DNA of 62,751 bases, counting the filler, from Choristocarpus tenellus KU-1152 (lineage: Eukaryota > Protista > Phaeophyceae), in assembly GCA_964200185.2 (NCBI GenBank). It is 6 parts of 6 records of this genome, joined end to end, with 100 filler letters (N's around TTAATTAATTAA, not from the genome) between each part and the next. Parts side by side here need not be neighbours in the genome. Positions count along the whole stretch, not along the records: positions 22,417 to 38,078 come from CAXNAD020000951.1; positions 38,179 to 59,647 come from CAXNAD020000339.1; 4 more parts are not named here. The stretch is one strand, 5' to 3'. The first letter of the stretch is position 1, and the number at the start of each line of letters is the position of its first letter. Of this stretch, positions 26,780 through 38,731 are shown piece by piece. The translations under genes and the position numbers were made by a program. Under the pieces are notes generated by a model. That model was not told the DNA's origin. It saw only the letters and a program-made list of their open reading frames with translations, and searched no databases.

Positions 26780-27350
26780 TCCCATTTTTGGCATGTGGAG
26801 AGGGTCCTTCCGGAACTGGGAACAGTGAGTGTGAGAACAGAAGGTCAAACACCGCCTGACTTGCAAATGACCTAGGTCGCTGAGTGTATGTACCAAGTGA
26901 CTCAAAGTAAATGAGAGGTACCCAGAGTTGCATTTTAAGGATGCTTGAGAATGTGTGCAAAATAATATATATATTTTTTTTTTATGCGTATAGGATATTT
27001 TCCAAACTGTGTCATTTTTTTTCGAACAATAGAGAAATCAACCCTCTCGAGTCAAACGTAACACTTCACAAACAGAAATGTGGGTGGATCACAAAAGGTT
27101 GAAAAACCGTCTTAAAATGCAAAACAGCCAATAAAAATGGATACCTCTCGTTTACTTTGACTCAGTGCAAGCCAAGCCAAGTATCCGCAAGGTATACTTG
27201 CTGCCCTGTGTGTAGTACTGAGAGCAAGGAAAGGCAAGTGCCCCCAAAAGATGCTAGTGAATAGATTATGCAGCTCCCTGGTGCGTGATTGAGGGCACGA
27301 TAACAACCACAGGTACCTATCCACCCAGCGGATGGACTTGATTTGGGGCT
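26780..27350 (-). mobile_element. LINE relic, APE-endonuclease-like fragment
   Basis: LPFLALSTTH....IPCGY.....SQSKREVSIFI (cf. L.ETH...GY....S..RGVAIFI); shares gttgcattttaaggat with the relics at ~28850 and ~30935. Confidence 0.5.
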
Positions 27351-27514
27351 CCCTATATCATCCTATTAGAAAATATATACAAGAACAACAAGACCTCATC
27401 CAATCGCAAAATAAGGGGCATTCCATACATAACTTTATATGGCCTTTGCTGTTGCCCTCCATAGCATAGAATGTAATGTTATATTCTACCTACCGACATA
27501 TTGTAGGTGTTTTT

Positions 27515-27789
27515 GGCCAATGGTGTCCGAGAGGGTGGGGAGATTTAGACGACATCATCCACTCGGGAATTGATGGACTGTTGCAAAACACCTCAGATTG
27601 ATGCCCGTTTCATGATGGGTAGGTGTTTGCGAAATTTGGTTCAAACAGGGGTGTGGAAAGGGAACTTGCGTCCTGGTGAAGGAAATTACCCTTACATCCC
27701 TCATGTTCACTCAAATGACATGGAAATCACTACAGGGTCACAAAATCCCCGAATGGACACTTGACCCCACCTCTAGGATACCATGGATA
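27515..27789 (-). mobile_element. MITE family D copy (diverged)
   Basis: The reverse complement aligns by eye to 46280-46553 at both ends (ctagaggtggggtcaagtgtccattcggg vs ctagagggggggtcaggcgtccattggg). Confidence 0.65.
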
Positions 27790-27805
27790 TTTTTTGTGGG
27801 AAAAA

Positions 27806-28066
27806 GAGTGAAAGTACCTTTGAGGGTACGAGTTTTTCCCCGTTTGTCCATTCGGGGCTTGACTTCCCACAATTTTTTTGTGACATTTTACCTGCTCCAA
27901 GATGTTTCGGAATATAGGTAGAATTCGTACGTTCTGAAAAGGCGTGTCGGAAACAAGGATATCGACATCTCGAAACAAATACGATAGCCAAAATTACATC
28001 AAGATTACAACATTGGACTTTGACCCCCAAATAGACGCGGCTATACCCTCCTAGATACTTCGACTC
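27806..28066 (-). mobile_element. MITE family A copy, TSD AAA(A)
   Basis: aaa|gagtgaaagtacctttgagggta ... taccctcctagatacttcgactc|aaa. Confidence 0.92.
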
Positions 28067-28911
28067 AAAAGAAGGAGCACACGAAATTGAGAATAAAACA
28101 AACAGTAACAGAGTTTGATCATCACTCTCACTTGACGAATACTCCAGAGTAAGTTGAGTTACAAACCTATGATGGGCAATGCTGTAAATAGCTCTGGAGA
28201 CAAAACAATAAACATCATACAATATTAAAATCTCTCCTTCTCCTCAAGGAGGGGCCTTTCTGCTGTCTGTCCAGGGACGAGGTAAGAGGCAAGGCAATCC
28301 AACGTTCATACTTCACCGAAGCATGAGAGCCTGGCACAGTTTTTTAGCACGAGTTCTTCGCCTTGGAGAGGCTTAGGAGCTATCACAGTTGATCGGTCAT
28401 TATGACAGTTTAATGGACGCCATTATGAAGGTTCAAGTCCTATATTTTGTATGTTTTGTTCCTTGACAATTTGTTATTATTTTGTCATCATGAGACCATA
28501 CATTGATTGTGTCATGTTTGTCTCAGTTCTTTCTGTATTTCAATTCAATCATAATGTGAATGATCAATGTGAGAGATCCATAATCTATTATGATATTTCC
28601 ATTATGGTGCTGTCTGTGAGCCTCGTCATCATACTACTGGTTTGTGGATTGGAGCTACATAACTCTTTACCGTGGGCTGTGAGAGCGTTTGTAACAAAGT
28701 TTCAGATCATAAGTCCTACCCACTCCTCCACAATTGTTCTGGGGAAGACTTGAGGAGTGAAATATTATTTGAAAAGGATTGGAAATGATGGGCTGCAGGA
28801 ATAATAGAGATGGGGGAACTTGAGACACGAATCTATTATGAGCTGGGCAGGTTTGCATTTTAAGGATCCCGAGAAAGGGCAAAAGTATGTCATTTTGCAC
28901 CATTGTAGAAA

Positions 28912-29717
28912 AGTTACAGCGTGCCCCTCAGAATTCATCTCCACAGGATACGCAACTCAAATCTAACAACCTTAAAACGACGCTATGGTAACGTTGCCCT
29001 TGATAACAGCTTGTAGGGTGTCAGGTATCCTTCTCTCTGAGTGAAAGTATCTTAGAGGGTACGAGTTTTTCCCAGTTTGTCCATTTAAAGCTTGACTTCC
29101 CATGGTGTATTTTATGACATTTTCCTACTCCAAAAAGATTCGGAGTAGGTAAAATGTGTATGTTATAAAAATGTGTGTCCGGAACATGGATATTGACACT
29201 TCCTAACGAACACAATTAGCCAAAACTACATCAAAATTGCACATTGACGTTTGGCCCCCCAAAATGGATGCGGCTCTACCCTCTAAGATAATTTGACTCT
29301 CTTGATATTCCACTGAGTGCTTACCTCAAAGTTCGACTCAAAGATCGTTCAAGATAAAGATAAGGACTGGAGGTAAATAGGGGTGATCGTTTGACCAGAA
29401 GACCTCTTATTGTTTTCATCAGCCACACAATTCTTTGGTCTTCTACACAACTGCTCTACACGTACTCCAATCATAAACCTTTATTCTGCAACTTCTTAGG
29501 GACTTTAACAAATGTTACGTATGGATTCCGAATCTTACTCTGTATCTTCTATGAAATCATCATTTATTCTGTAAGGCTACCTATCTATGTGTTACTAATA
29601 TCGTATATTGTTCGCACTTGTTAGAATGAGAGAAATAATACTTGCACTATTTGTCTGTCACAATGTTCGTGTTTGCTAAAACATGGGAAGAAATGCTCGC
29701 GCTATTCGCCCATAACA
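28912..29717 (-). mobile_element. Solo-LTR-like element, 4-bp TSD GAAA, containing a nested MITE
   Basis: gaaa|agttacagcg ... gctattcgcccataaca|gaaa. Both ends match the reverse complement of 26248-26775, and it is ~542 bp once the MITE is removed. Confidence 0.82.
29039..29299 (-). mobile_element. MITE family A copy, 3-bp TSD TCT, nested in the solo LTR
   Basis: tct|gagtgaaagtatcttagagggta ... taccctctaagataatttgactc|tct. Confidence 0.95.
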
Positions 29718-30049
29718 GAAAGAGTCTTTGCTGAATTGTGGTGTCACTGTGTGTGGAAAGGGGAATATCAACTTACGTACACTATTGCGCACATAACGCA
29801 ATGAAACACAATGTATTGCACAGAGTAAGGAAAATTGGTAAATTGGTCGATGCTAATGTTCGTACAAGCCTCCTAGGATACTCCAACAGTCCATGGGAGT
29901 CCAACGTACGTCTGGTTAGCTGGAGAGGGGGTACTTCTCTCGATTGATAACCACTGCTTGGTGTTAGTTAATATTTTGTTTATCAATTTTAATAAGTCAG
30001 TCGCGTGGTTGATTAGATACTCTTCTATTAAAATCCTCCACCGTTTTCT

Positions 30050-30286
30050 ATGATCTACAAGTTAAAACACATCTGCAAACTCTTGTATATATATTCAAAT
30101 TACAAATCTTATTCTGGAACTTCTGTCAAATCGGCGTTCCTTTCTGTAAGGTTCCCTACGCGTTACAAATCTTACTCTGCACATTCTAGCAAATCGGAGG
30201 TCCTCTTTGTAAGAATCCCTACATGTGTATATTGGTCGTGCTTGTTAGATCGCGGGAATAAATACTTGTGCTATTCGCCTGTAACA
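30050..30286 (-). mobile_element. Partial or diverged copy of the same solo-LTR family
   Basis: Ends in gctattcgcctgtaaca and contains aatcttattctg...tctgtaaggtt. The other end and TSD were not identified. Confidence 0.65.
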
Positions 30287-30799
30287 AAGTGGCTTGGAAT
30301 GTAAAAGAGTCCAAACCTGCCCACCTCTCAACTGGTTTTGGTTCTTGAGTTGTGGATAAGGGATGAAGGGCGATGGAGCATGCTTGGGTAAATATATATA
30401 TATGGGGAAGGTGTGATTATGACAAGCAAAACACTGTCAGTAATCTAATCTGGGGCTTAGGCAAGTATTGTAGGAGTAAGAGGGAATTTAACTGAAGGGA
30501 AGGGCAAACCTAGAGGAGAAAACGACTAGTGTGACACGTATTTTACTTGGGATACAGATGAGAGAAACTCAACTGGAACATTTTGGAGGATGGGAGTTAA
30601 ATGTACGTGGAGTGGCTCACTCCCAATGACCCCATGATTCGAGGAAGTTATGTCACCAAGCCCAGGTCACATTGCTGCGACCGTGTGTGATGGTTTGATT
30701 TCGGGAAGTTTCATCACCGATGGGTAATAATATATTCCTTTTTTGTTTGGGGCGTTTTATTCTTATTGATTAATTGAGGTCATAATAGGTCTACTTTTT

Positions 30800-31350
30800 C
30801 AAGTGCAAGTTGAAATTGTGGTTAATTGGCGTGATGGGGAGATGATATGTGTTGTCGAATCTCCCACCCAGCAGAACTGGCAACTGTCTTTGTGTATGTT
30901 GTTGAAAGTCAACCAATTGAGAGGGAGGCAGGGTTGCGTTTTAAGGATCCTGAGAAGGACTAAAAAAAATGTGCCATTCTGTACAATTATAGGAAGATAC
31001 TTTGCTGAATAGTGGTGTCACTTTTTTTGTGCGTGAAGGGGGAATGTAATATTTATGTGTACTAATAGGAACATAAGCAATAACATAAAGTGTATTGCAC
31101 AGGGCAAGAAAGATGGCATATATTACAAAAAGGGCCCAAACCTGCCTATCTGTGGATTGGGTTGGCTCTAAGGCAGCGTTGATGATTGTGATTACTTGAC
31201 AATGTTCAATAGGAGTCTCAGAGAGGGTACAGACAGGTATATTGCGACCATGAGTGCTAAGTGAGCGATGAGTGATAAATGGCAATCCCCAAATCCAACA
31301 CAAGATACACAAAATCGATTGTTAATGGTCATAGCAGTCATCTTGCACGC
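30800..31350 (-). mobile_element. LINE relic, APE-endonuclease-like; uninterrupted paralog of the 28845-29840 segment
   Basis: ILCWIWGL.......HGRNIPVCTLSETP (cf. SWN.RGL....D...L.ET). Positions 30928-31115 align with 28847-28911 joined to 29722-29840. Confidence 0.55.
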
Positions 31351-31653
31351 GCTTGTATGTGATGCGCCTGAAAGGTAATGTATGCGTTGAACTGGAGGAA
31401 TGTTACGAGAGACATTAGAAGCAAATGCTTGTGTGATGTGAAAGTTTGGACTCGAGTCTTTGCTCTGTTATGCCGCATGACGTAATATGTTACGTACATG
31501 TATGTATGTATGTACGTATGTTTGTGTGTGTGTGGAAAGCAGGTTCTCTGTTATTGTACCGTTACTGGCGTATGCCATATACCATTAGACCGATCGAGGT
31601 TGTTTTCTGAGGACTTCGGTTCGACTGTGTGGACGATATTCGCAGGGATGGAT

Positions 31654-31836
31654 GGGTCAAAGTATCTGGGCGGGGGGGGAGGTTTGTGAGGCGGCGTCCG
31701 TTTCGGTCAAACAACTCATTTTTTTTTGCGGACATTTCAAACCCGACATGTACCACCAAATTACACACAAAAAAAGTGAGAATCGAAAAAAGGGTGAAAA
31801 ACGGACGCCGACACCCCCCCCCAGATAATTTGACCC
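31654..31836 (+). mobile_element. MITE family C copy (183 bp)
   Basis: ggat|gggtcaaagtatctggg...cggcgtccgttt ... aaacggacgccg...ccagataatttgaccc|agat. Confidence 0.85.
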
Positions 31837-32248
31837 AGATTTTCCGTTTTAGGTTGTCTCTACGTAGCCCTCATCCACGGTCAGAGAACCACTACACATT
31901 CCACAACTTCTCAAGCAATACAAACTATTTATTCCACTTGAACAAACTCCACGGCCCCAAGTGTGTCTCGCTTCTTTCTACACGCTCAGTTCAGCTACAT
32001 CCCTCCGGTCATCGCTCCACTTCCTCCATCGAATCTTTTGCAGTAGTGGTACTCGACCACGTGGCTGCATTAAAGCATTGCCATCGCGATTCAGGTTTCT
32101 GTGTTCTTTTTGTGTTTTTGCAATCGATAGGAGGGGTATGCTGTTCAGTTGTGTGTCTCCAGGTTGCATCAACAAAGGCAAATTTTCCTGAATATAGTAT
32201 AACCTCGACTGGGTTTGACCTTGGATATTCCTTCCAAAAAGTCTAATA

Positions 32249-32564
32249 TGTTACAGGCGAATTGCGCGAACAGTTGTTCTTGTGCTCTAACAAGTGCGAG
32301 TAGTATACGAGATTAATAGCACATAGGTAACCTTACAGAATAAACGCTGATTCCTTAGAAGATGCAGAATAAGATTCGTAATGCATACGTAACCTTACAG
32401 AAGAAACTCTTGATACGATGATATTGATCATAATCCAAGTGAGAGATCCAGCATACTTGACGGCTTGTGCATCAGGAGTCCTATACGTGCATCAGATTCA
32501 TCTATAGGCCTGTAGATTGGAGCTATACATCCTGTGGAGGTAAGCTTCTGGAGCGCTGTTTACA
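32249..32564 (+). mobile_element. Solo-LTR-like element, 316 bp (shorter variant), 4-bp TSD AATA
   Basis: aata|tgttacaggcgaattgcgcg ... ggaggtaagcttctggagcgctgtttaca|aata. Confidence 0.85.
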
Positions 32565-33239
32565 AATACTCACATTTTGATTTTTGTTATTTTGTTTCTA
32601 CAGAAACATATGGTTAATTATATTTCTTTTTCTTCACTTCAGCGTTGAACTTCCAAATCTCCACTATCTAATCGTTTTTGGTAGTTTAATATAGGGAAGA
32701 TAGTAAGGTATGGGTAGATAGTAAGGTATGTGTGTATTTACTTCCTAAATTGTAGGTCTATGAGGTAATTATTTTTCGGAGAAAGTCAAAAATCGACTGG
32801 GGTTCGAACCTGGGTATTTGTAGTAACGGAATGTGGACGAACTACAAAAATGAAGTAGGAATAGGAAGGGAAGTATGTACGATCGATATTTACATCATGT
32901 AGAGTCTCTTAGGTTTCTTAGAACTTGCAAAGCGGGGGTGGGGGAGCTACATTAACAAACAAATGAGAAACCAACGAACCGACACATTTATTTTAGGAAT
33001 TTTTGCATATACCTTGTGTGTGGAAAGGTGTGACGACAAGGATTGACGTGGAAAAGGGGAGGGGGATTTTTAAGGCGGATGATTGGTAGCGGGATTGCGG
33101 GACTCCTCGTCCATGTCGTCCGTTCGATCTTGTTCTTCATCTGGCTCGTGATCGCGATCATTGTGCAGATCTTGACGGTGAGACCTGTTTTCTATCCTAC
33201 CTCGATCTGGACCTTTTGCCAACAATACGTCGTTCGTTG

Positions 33240-34250
33240 CTAATGTTCAATGAAGCTAGTTGGTAACCATTGATGTCCTATGAAGGGTAACCATCGCCTA
33301 TCACACGTGATTATATGTTTCGTCCTTTCCGTGTGGATTTTGTAGTTCCTACCGCTCCCTGTTGCGTTGCTCCTCGTCAAACCTTCTCGACTTACTCTGA
33401 TTTCAATTTCACAGTTCCAAAAATTGGTCGGACAACTGTAACATCCCGCTTACATCTGAGCAGTACAGTATCTTTAAGTAGTTGGGGCAAGAATGTCCTC
33501 CGAACGAGGTACAGCACCACGTCCAGGGGTCTACGTCGAAAAGTTGGGCGAGGTTCAATGTGGACCAGGACAAAGCTACCATGCCAAACTGATATGAGTC
33601 CATTAGCCGTTGCTTTAGCATATGATTCGATACTGACGAGATAATCTTAAGAAGAAATCGCCGATGATGACTACACCGCGTGGAAATATGTACCTACTAG
33701 ATTTCCTTCTCTCCCTTTTTTGCATCTCGGTCACGTTTGTTGAATATTGCATTGCATTAAACTGTATGCAATGATTGGTATCTGGATTGCTCGGTAGGTC
33801 TCCTGTTATAATGATAACAATAGCACCTAAAGGAAGGCTGTGAGCAACGTGGTATAGGTAGGAAAAGTACGCTGCCGCCATTTGAATGAGTTGTGGCGTG
33901 GGTTGCGCAAACTTGAGGGGTGCCAATAATGACTCAGGTGGAAGGTTTGGCAAGAAAATCGCATCCTATTTCCTTGTTGCCACCACGTATAGGCAATAAG
34001 CAATTTGTGCATTTGTTGCATTTCATACAAATTATGACATGTCTGCAAGCCCAAACCCCAACCCGTTCCTTTTCTCAACTTCTACCAAACTCCACTTTGA
34101 AACCAACTTTTCACTCAACAGCGACATGTCTTAGCTTTCATCGTTGTGGCAGAAAGAGAATCTGGGTTTGGAATGTACATGGAATAGAATCATCGAAGAG
34201 ATGGACGGGTTTGCTATCAGTGGATGTGAGTGTTTCCCTCCTTCCTACTC
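33240..34250 (-). mobile_element. Degenerate Ty3/Gypsy-type integrase with a C-terminal chromodomain-like segment
   Basis: Across frameshifts: IP..FQ.QILF.CHND...RH and D...FV.KCNKC (HHCC zinc-binding); ITGDLP; GSFVLVH (pre-GPY/F); RKGR....GYPS.D.QWLP.SFI (chromodomain-like) at ~33245-33330. Confidence 0.55.
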
Positions 34251-35306
34251 AATCCCTGGACCTTCAAGTGTGTCCCTGTTGTTTGTAAGACTGGCCATAT
34301 ATACAGCATGGATGAAAAACACAACTGATCTTTCACATTCATGCATGTAGAAAGTTCACTGCGCGCGTAAACGAAATACTGATAACACTCAATATTGAAC
34401 TAGACACTTCTTTTTTTAATTCACAAGAGAGCAGGTATTGATGCAAAGCATTATTTTTTTCTTCATAGGTAAAAAAAAAAAGAAGCGCACACTCTCACGC
34501 TCCCCTCTTTTCCTTGCATGTGTGTATGTGAGTGAATATATGTGTGATGGACGCACTAATCCGCCCGTACATGGATTGGACATTTGTAGCTAATGTGGGA
34601 GGTTTATTAGTGTGCAGTATTGCTCCTGACCAAGGCACCAGATGGAGGGAAAACGTTTGAAACGTAGATTTATCGCTGTTGATGATGCCCAAGGTGTACC
34701 CCTCACTCTGAATTGGCCCGATCCGCCAACCAGTCCATATGTTAGTAGGCCTGCCCTACTACCTTCTCATTTATGTCCAGTTTCTAAGCCAAGGTGTTTC
34801 TTCTACATCTTTCAAGCATGCTCCACAACAAAGTGGAGCTACTATACCCAAGGGGAGAATAAGAACCATATTGTTCACTGTGGGCAGATTCCGCCAGACC
34901 TTCCCTTTCTTGCTCAAATGCGGGATATGTGCTGCTTTGTAATGGACAAAATCGCCCCTCCCCCCCCCCCCCCCCCCCCCCCCAAACACCTTGGTCTATT
35001 GGGACCCCCAAACCCCTCACTCGAGTGCTCTGGAGAAGCCCAACTCATGGTCTTGTAGGTGTACTGACCGTAGGTCACTTCAGATGTATCGTTACCTACC
35101 TACCTCTCTTCCTCCCTCCCCTGGCTCTAAGCGAAACTCCTCTGTGTTGCCTTTCACTTGGTGAGGGAGAGTGGGGTGGGAGTGGTGAGTGGGGTGGGAG
35201 GGGGGGGGGGGGGGGGGGGGGGTTGGGGGAGCCTTCCACTAAAGGGGGCTAAACATCGGGGAAGGGNNNNNNNNNNGCGGCGCGGTGCGAGGGGCGCGCG
35301 TCGCGG

Positions 35307-35376
<70 letters not shown>

Positions 35377-35501
35377 GTTCTGTTCAATCCTCCTAATATA
35401 GTTGAAGACCATCGTGCATGACCTGCAGATGAAGGCTAAGGTGGAGGGCTGATACTTTCAGCGTGTTGATACACCTCAGCGGTTTCATTGCGAATGTCAG
35501 G

Positions 35502-35611
35502 ATCATGTCCACTGTGGACAATCAGGGTCAATCTCCCACCTGTCCTCACGAGGCTAATCATGTCCACTGTGGACAATCAGGGTCAATCTCCCCACCTGTC
35601 CTCACGAGGCT
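35502..35611. repeat. Perfect 55-bp tandem duplication
   Basis: atcatgtccactgtggacaatcagggtcaatctcccacctgtcctcacgaggcta occurs at 35502 and 35557. Confidence 0.95.
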
Positions 35612-36208
35612 AAGCAGATGCGCTCTGTAGGATGATCAACCCGACCTAGGTCAGTTCACAAATGACCAATATTGATGAAGCAGGAGGTGCCCCTGCTCGC
35701 CAGTATGCGATGTTGAGCTCTTGGCACCTAACCGGCCCTTGGAAGGGAGATCTCGCCATCAGGAGGGACTGGACCTCAGAACTTTGCTTTCCCCTACGTG
35801 GGAGGTCATCTGCTGAGCTGCTCAATTTCAGTTCTGTGTCGTGCAGCTTCGCGATTGATTCTGTTTCTTGAGGGGTGGGTAGGTAGGATGGTGTACATTT
35901 GCTGTATAGGGGATGCACTGCTGAGATTGCATGTTCCGCTGAGGCGTTACATGTCGATCACTGCCTTGGCAGGTGGGGTGGTTAGCGGTTGCTCGTCCTG
36001 AACCCCATTCTCCGTCCAGCAAACGCCTTCTAAGTTTGTCTTCGACGCCGCTCCGCACTGTCTTAGAACCCTTAACGGTAATCTGGTCGATCGATCGGCA
36101 CTGAGCAGAGATTATCGTCTTGTTGATGGACTCGATGGCATGTCTAGAGGTACACATACGCGGCTGCTTCGATGGCATGTCTTCCCGGGAACGTTTCCAA
36201 ACTGTGGA

Positions 36209-36877
36209 GGGTGGACGATCACGCCTTCTTGTCCACAGCGAATGTTGTATAGCTTTTGGATACAGTCACACGCCTTGGCAGGAGACGTCAAAAAACCCTC
36301 TTTTGGCGGACGATCATCACACCTTCTTGTCCGCAGCATGCGTCGTAGGGCTATTGGATGCAGTCACACGCCTTGGCAGGAGATGTAAAAAACCCTCTTT
36401 TGGTGGACGATCACACCTTGTCCACAGCATGCGTTGTACAGCTATTGGATACATTCACACGCCTTGGCAGGAGATATCAAAAACCCTCTTTTGGTGGACG
36501 ATCACACCTTCTTGTCCGCAGCATGCATTGTACAGCTATTAGATACAGTCACATGCCTTGGCAGGAGACGTCAAAAACCCTCTTTTGGTGGATGATCATC
36601 ACACCTTCTTGTCCACAGCATGCGTCGTAGGGCTATTGGATACAGTCACACGCCTTGGCAGGAGATGTCAAAAGCCCTCTTTTGGTGGACGATCATCACA
36701 CCTTCTTGTCCACAGCATGCGTCGTAGGGCTATTGGATACAGTCACACACCTTGGCAGGAGATATCAAAAGCCCTCTTTTGGTGGACGATCTCACCTTCT
36801 TGTCCACAGCATGCATCGTAGGGCTATTGGATACAGTCACACGCCTTGGCAGGAGATGTCAAAACCCTCTTTTGGTG
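36209..36877. repeat. Tandem array, 7 units of 91-98 bp
   Basis: The anchor ccttggcaggaga occurs at 36273, 36371, 36462, 36556, 36653, 36750 and 36844. Units are similar throughout, with no unique spacers. Confidence 0.95.
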
Positions 36878-37297
36878 ATGTCACATGCCCTTGTGCCTCG
36901 GAGAGCTAGTACAAAGTTATCGATACAACTATGTGTATATATATAAATATAAATATAAATAGGAAGAATGGTGTTGATGGTGATGACGACTCTTGAAGAA
37001 TGATGTTGATTGATAATGGTGACTCTTGGACTCTATTTCTCGGAATTTTTTTCTTGTGTGTTTGAACGACACTCAAGAACGCGTGTCTTTCTTTTTTTTT
37101 GTGGCAATTTTTTTTTTAGAGAGGTCAACCTTACTCGGCCTGAACTCCACACACCAGCAGGCGGGGGAGAGATGTTTTCGATATCCATGGTTTTCCACGC
37201 ACGAATGCAGAGGCGTTATTTTATGGTGGGTGAAAAAAGTCCCTCTGGCCTGCCCCAATGTGCCTGACAGCTGGCCTTGCCAACTGAGCGAAAAATA

Positions 37298-37329
<32 letters not shown>

Positions 37330-37653
37330 GCCATTTTTTTTTTTTTTTAACATCTTTATGATATCTGCGACGGAGTTTCCTTTTCCTGGCTTCAAGTCAG
37401 GACTGCGGCACGTGCCGCCGCGGGGAGGGGAAGGGTTCCGTGATAGATGCCAAACAAAAAAAATAAATCTTCAAGACCTTCAACGGTTAGGTGGGCTTCC
37501 CCCCGTGATGACAAGGCCGTCGCCATTTCTGCCCTGTGGCAATACTGCGGGGTCGATGGCGATGAGACTTGCTGAGGCGTGCTTCCATCCTCATGTCTCT
37601 CCCCCTTAAGGTGCCTCTTTCAAGCACACTACCGATGGTGCTGGTAGGGTATG

Positions 37654-37714
<61 letters not shown>

Positions 37715-38078
37715 CATGTGTGTCCCATAAATTTATTCCTATTTCAAATCTTGTGATCTCAAAATCTGATCACTTTTCTTTTTTCTTTTTTTCTTTTCTC
37801 TTCGTTGTTGTCTGATTACGAAATTATTTTATTTTATTTTATTTTATTTTATTTTTTAACGTATATAAATCCATCATTGTATCATTTTTTTTACGACCCG
37901 CCTCCGACTGGCGATGTACTTGAATCTTAGGGATTCGATTTGAATTTCAACACTGAATATTCATCGGTAAAATTAAAAAAAAACTTTTTTTTTTTTTGTG
38001 CACAAGATTGATCGGACTCCCCTCCCTCCCTCCCTCCTTTTCTTTTCTTTGTGTGATCGGGAGAGCACCCGTCTTGAC

Positions 38079-38178
38079 NNNNNNNNNNNNNNNNNNNNNN
38101 NNNNNNNNNNNNNNNNNNNNNNTTAATTAATTAANNNNNNNNNNNNNNNNNNNNNNNNNNNNNNNNNNNNNNNNNNNN
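38079..38178. other. Artificial contig linker / assembly gap
   Basis: 44 N + TTAATTAATTAA + 44 N. Confidence 0.97.
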
Positions 38179-38255
38179 ACACGTTTCCAGGTTATGGCCC
38201 AAATGGACATCCTGTTGTAAACGCCCCGCCCCCACCCCCCCAGATACTTTGAGCC
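38179..38255 (+). mobile_element. MITE family C-type right end, at contig start
   Basis: ggcccaaatggac...ccccccagatactttgagcc. Confidence 0.75.
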
Positions 38256-38455
38256 TTTGTGCCAACCTCAGTGCAGAAAATAATCTCTGGATTTCAAACT
38301 ATATTCAGCTTAATGCCATGCTGAATTGAAATAATACCTTCTCTTTATCCATGGTGTGCACCAGAAATAATTACGATATTTTGTCTGTTCCTGTTTTTGT
38401 TTGTTCCTGCCCTCAAATGTGCTACAGGTTTTCAAAGATTTTCCAGTTGACAATT

Positions 38456-38731
38456 GAGTTAAAGTATCGTAGAGGGTACTAGTTTTGACCTTTTTTTGTT
38501 TTCGTTTGTCCTTTTGGGGGGGATTGGCTTCCCATGGGGTTTTTTGATGACATTTTCCTACTCCAAAATGTTTCAGAGTATGTAAAACGTATATGTTATA
38601 AAAAGGTGTGTCCGGAACAAGGATATCGGCACTTCCTAACAAATATATAACAGCCAAAATTACATCAAACTCATAAAATTGGATTTTGGTCCCTAATGGA
38701 CGCGGCTCTACCCTCTAAGATACTTTGACTC
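38456..38731 (-). mobile_element. MITE family A copy, 3-bp TSD ATT
   Basis: att|gagttaaagtatcgtagagggta ... taccctctaagatactttgactc|att. Confidence 0.95.

Noticed and set aside
35190-35375. Very long G runs and the resulting poly-Gly/poly-Pro ORFs (also C/G runs at 6949-6993, 15400-15495, 22228-22251)
   Set aside because: They are adjacent to gaps or contig ends, so their lengths are unreliable and the ORFs are homopolymer artefacts.
36209-36877. CRISPR-like periodicity (also 3599-3765)
   Set aside because: Whole units are repeated with no unique spacers and no cas genes, in a eukaryotic context.
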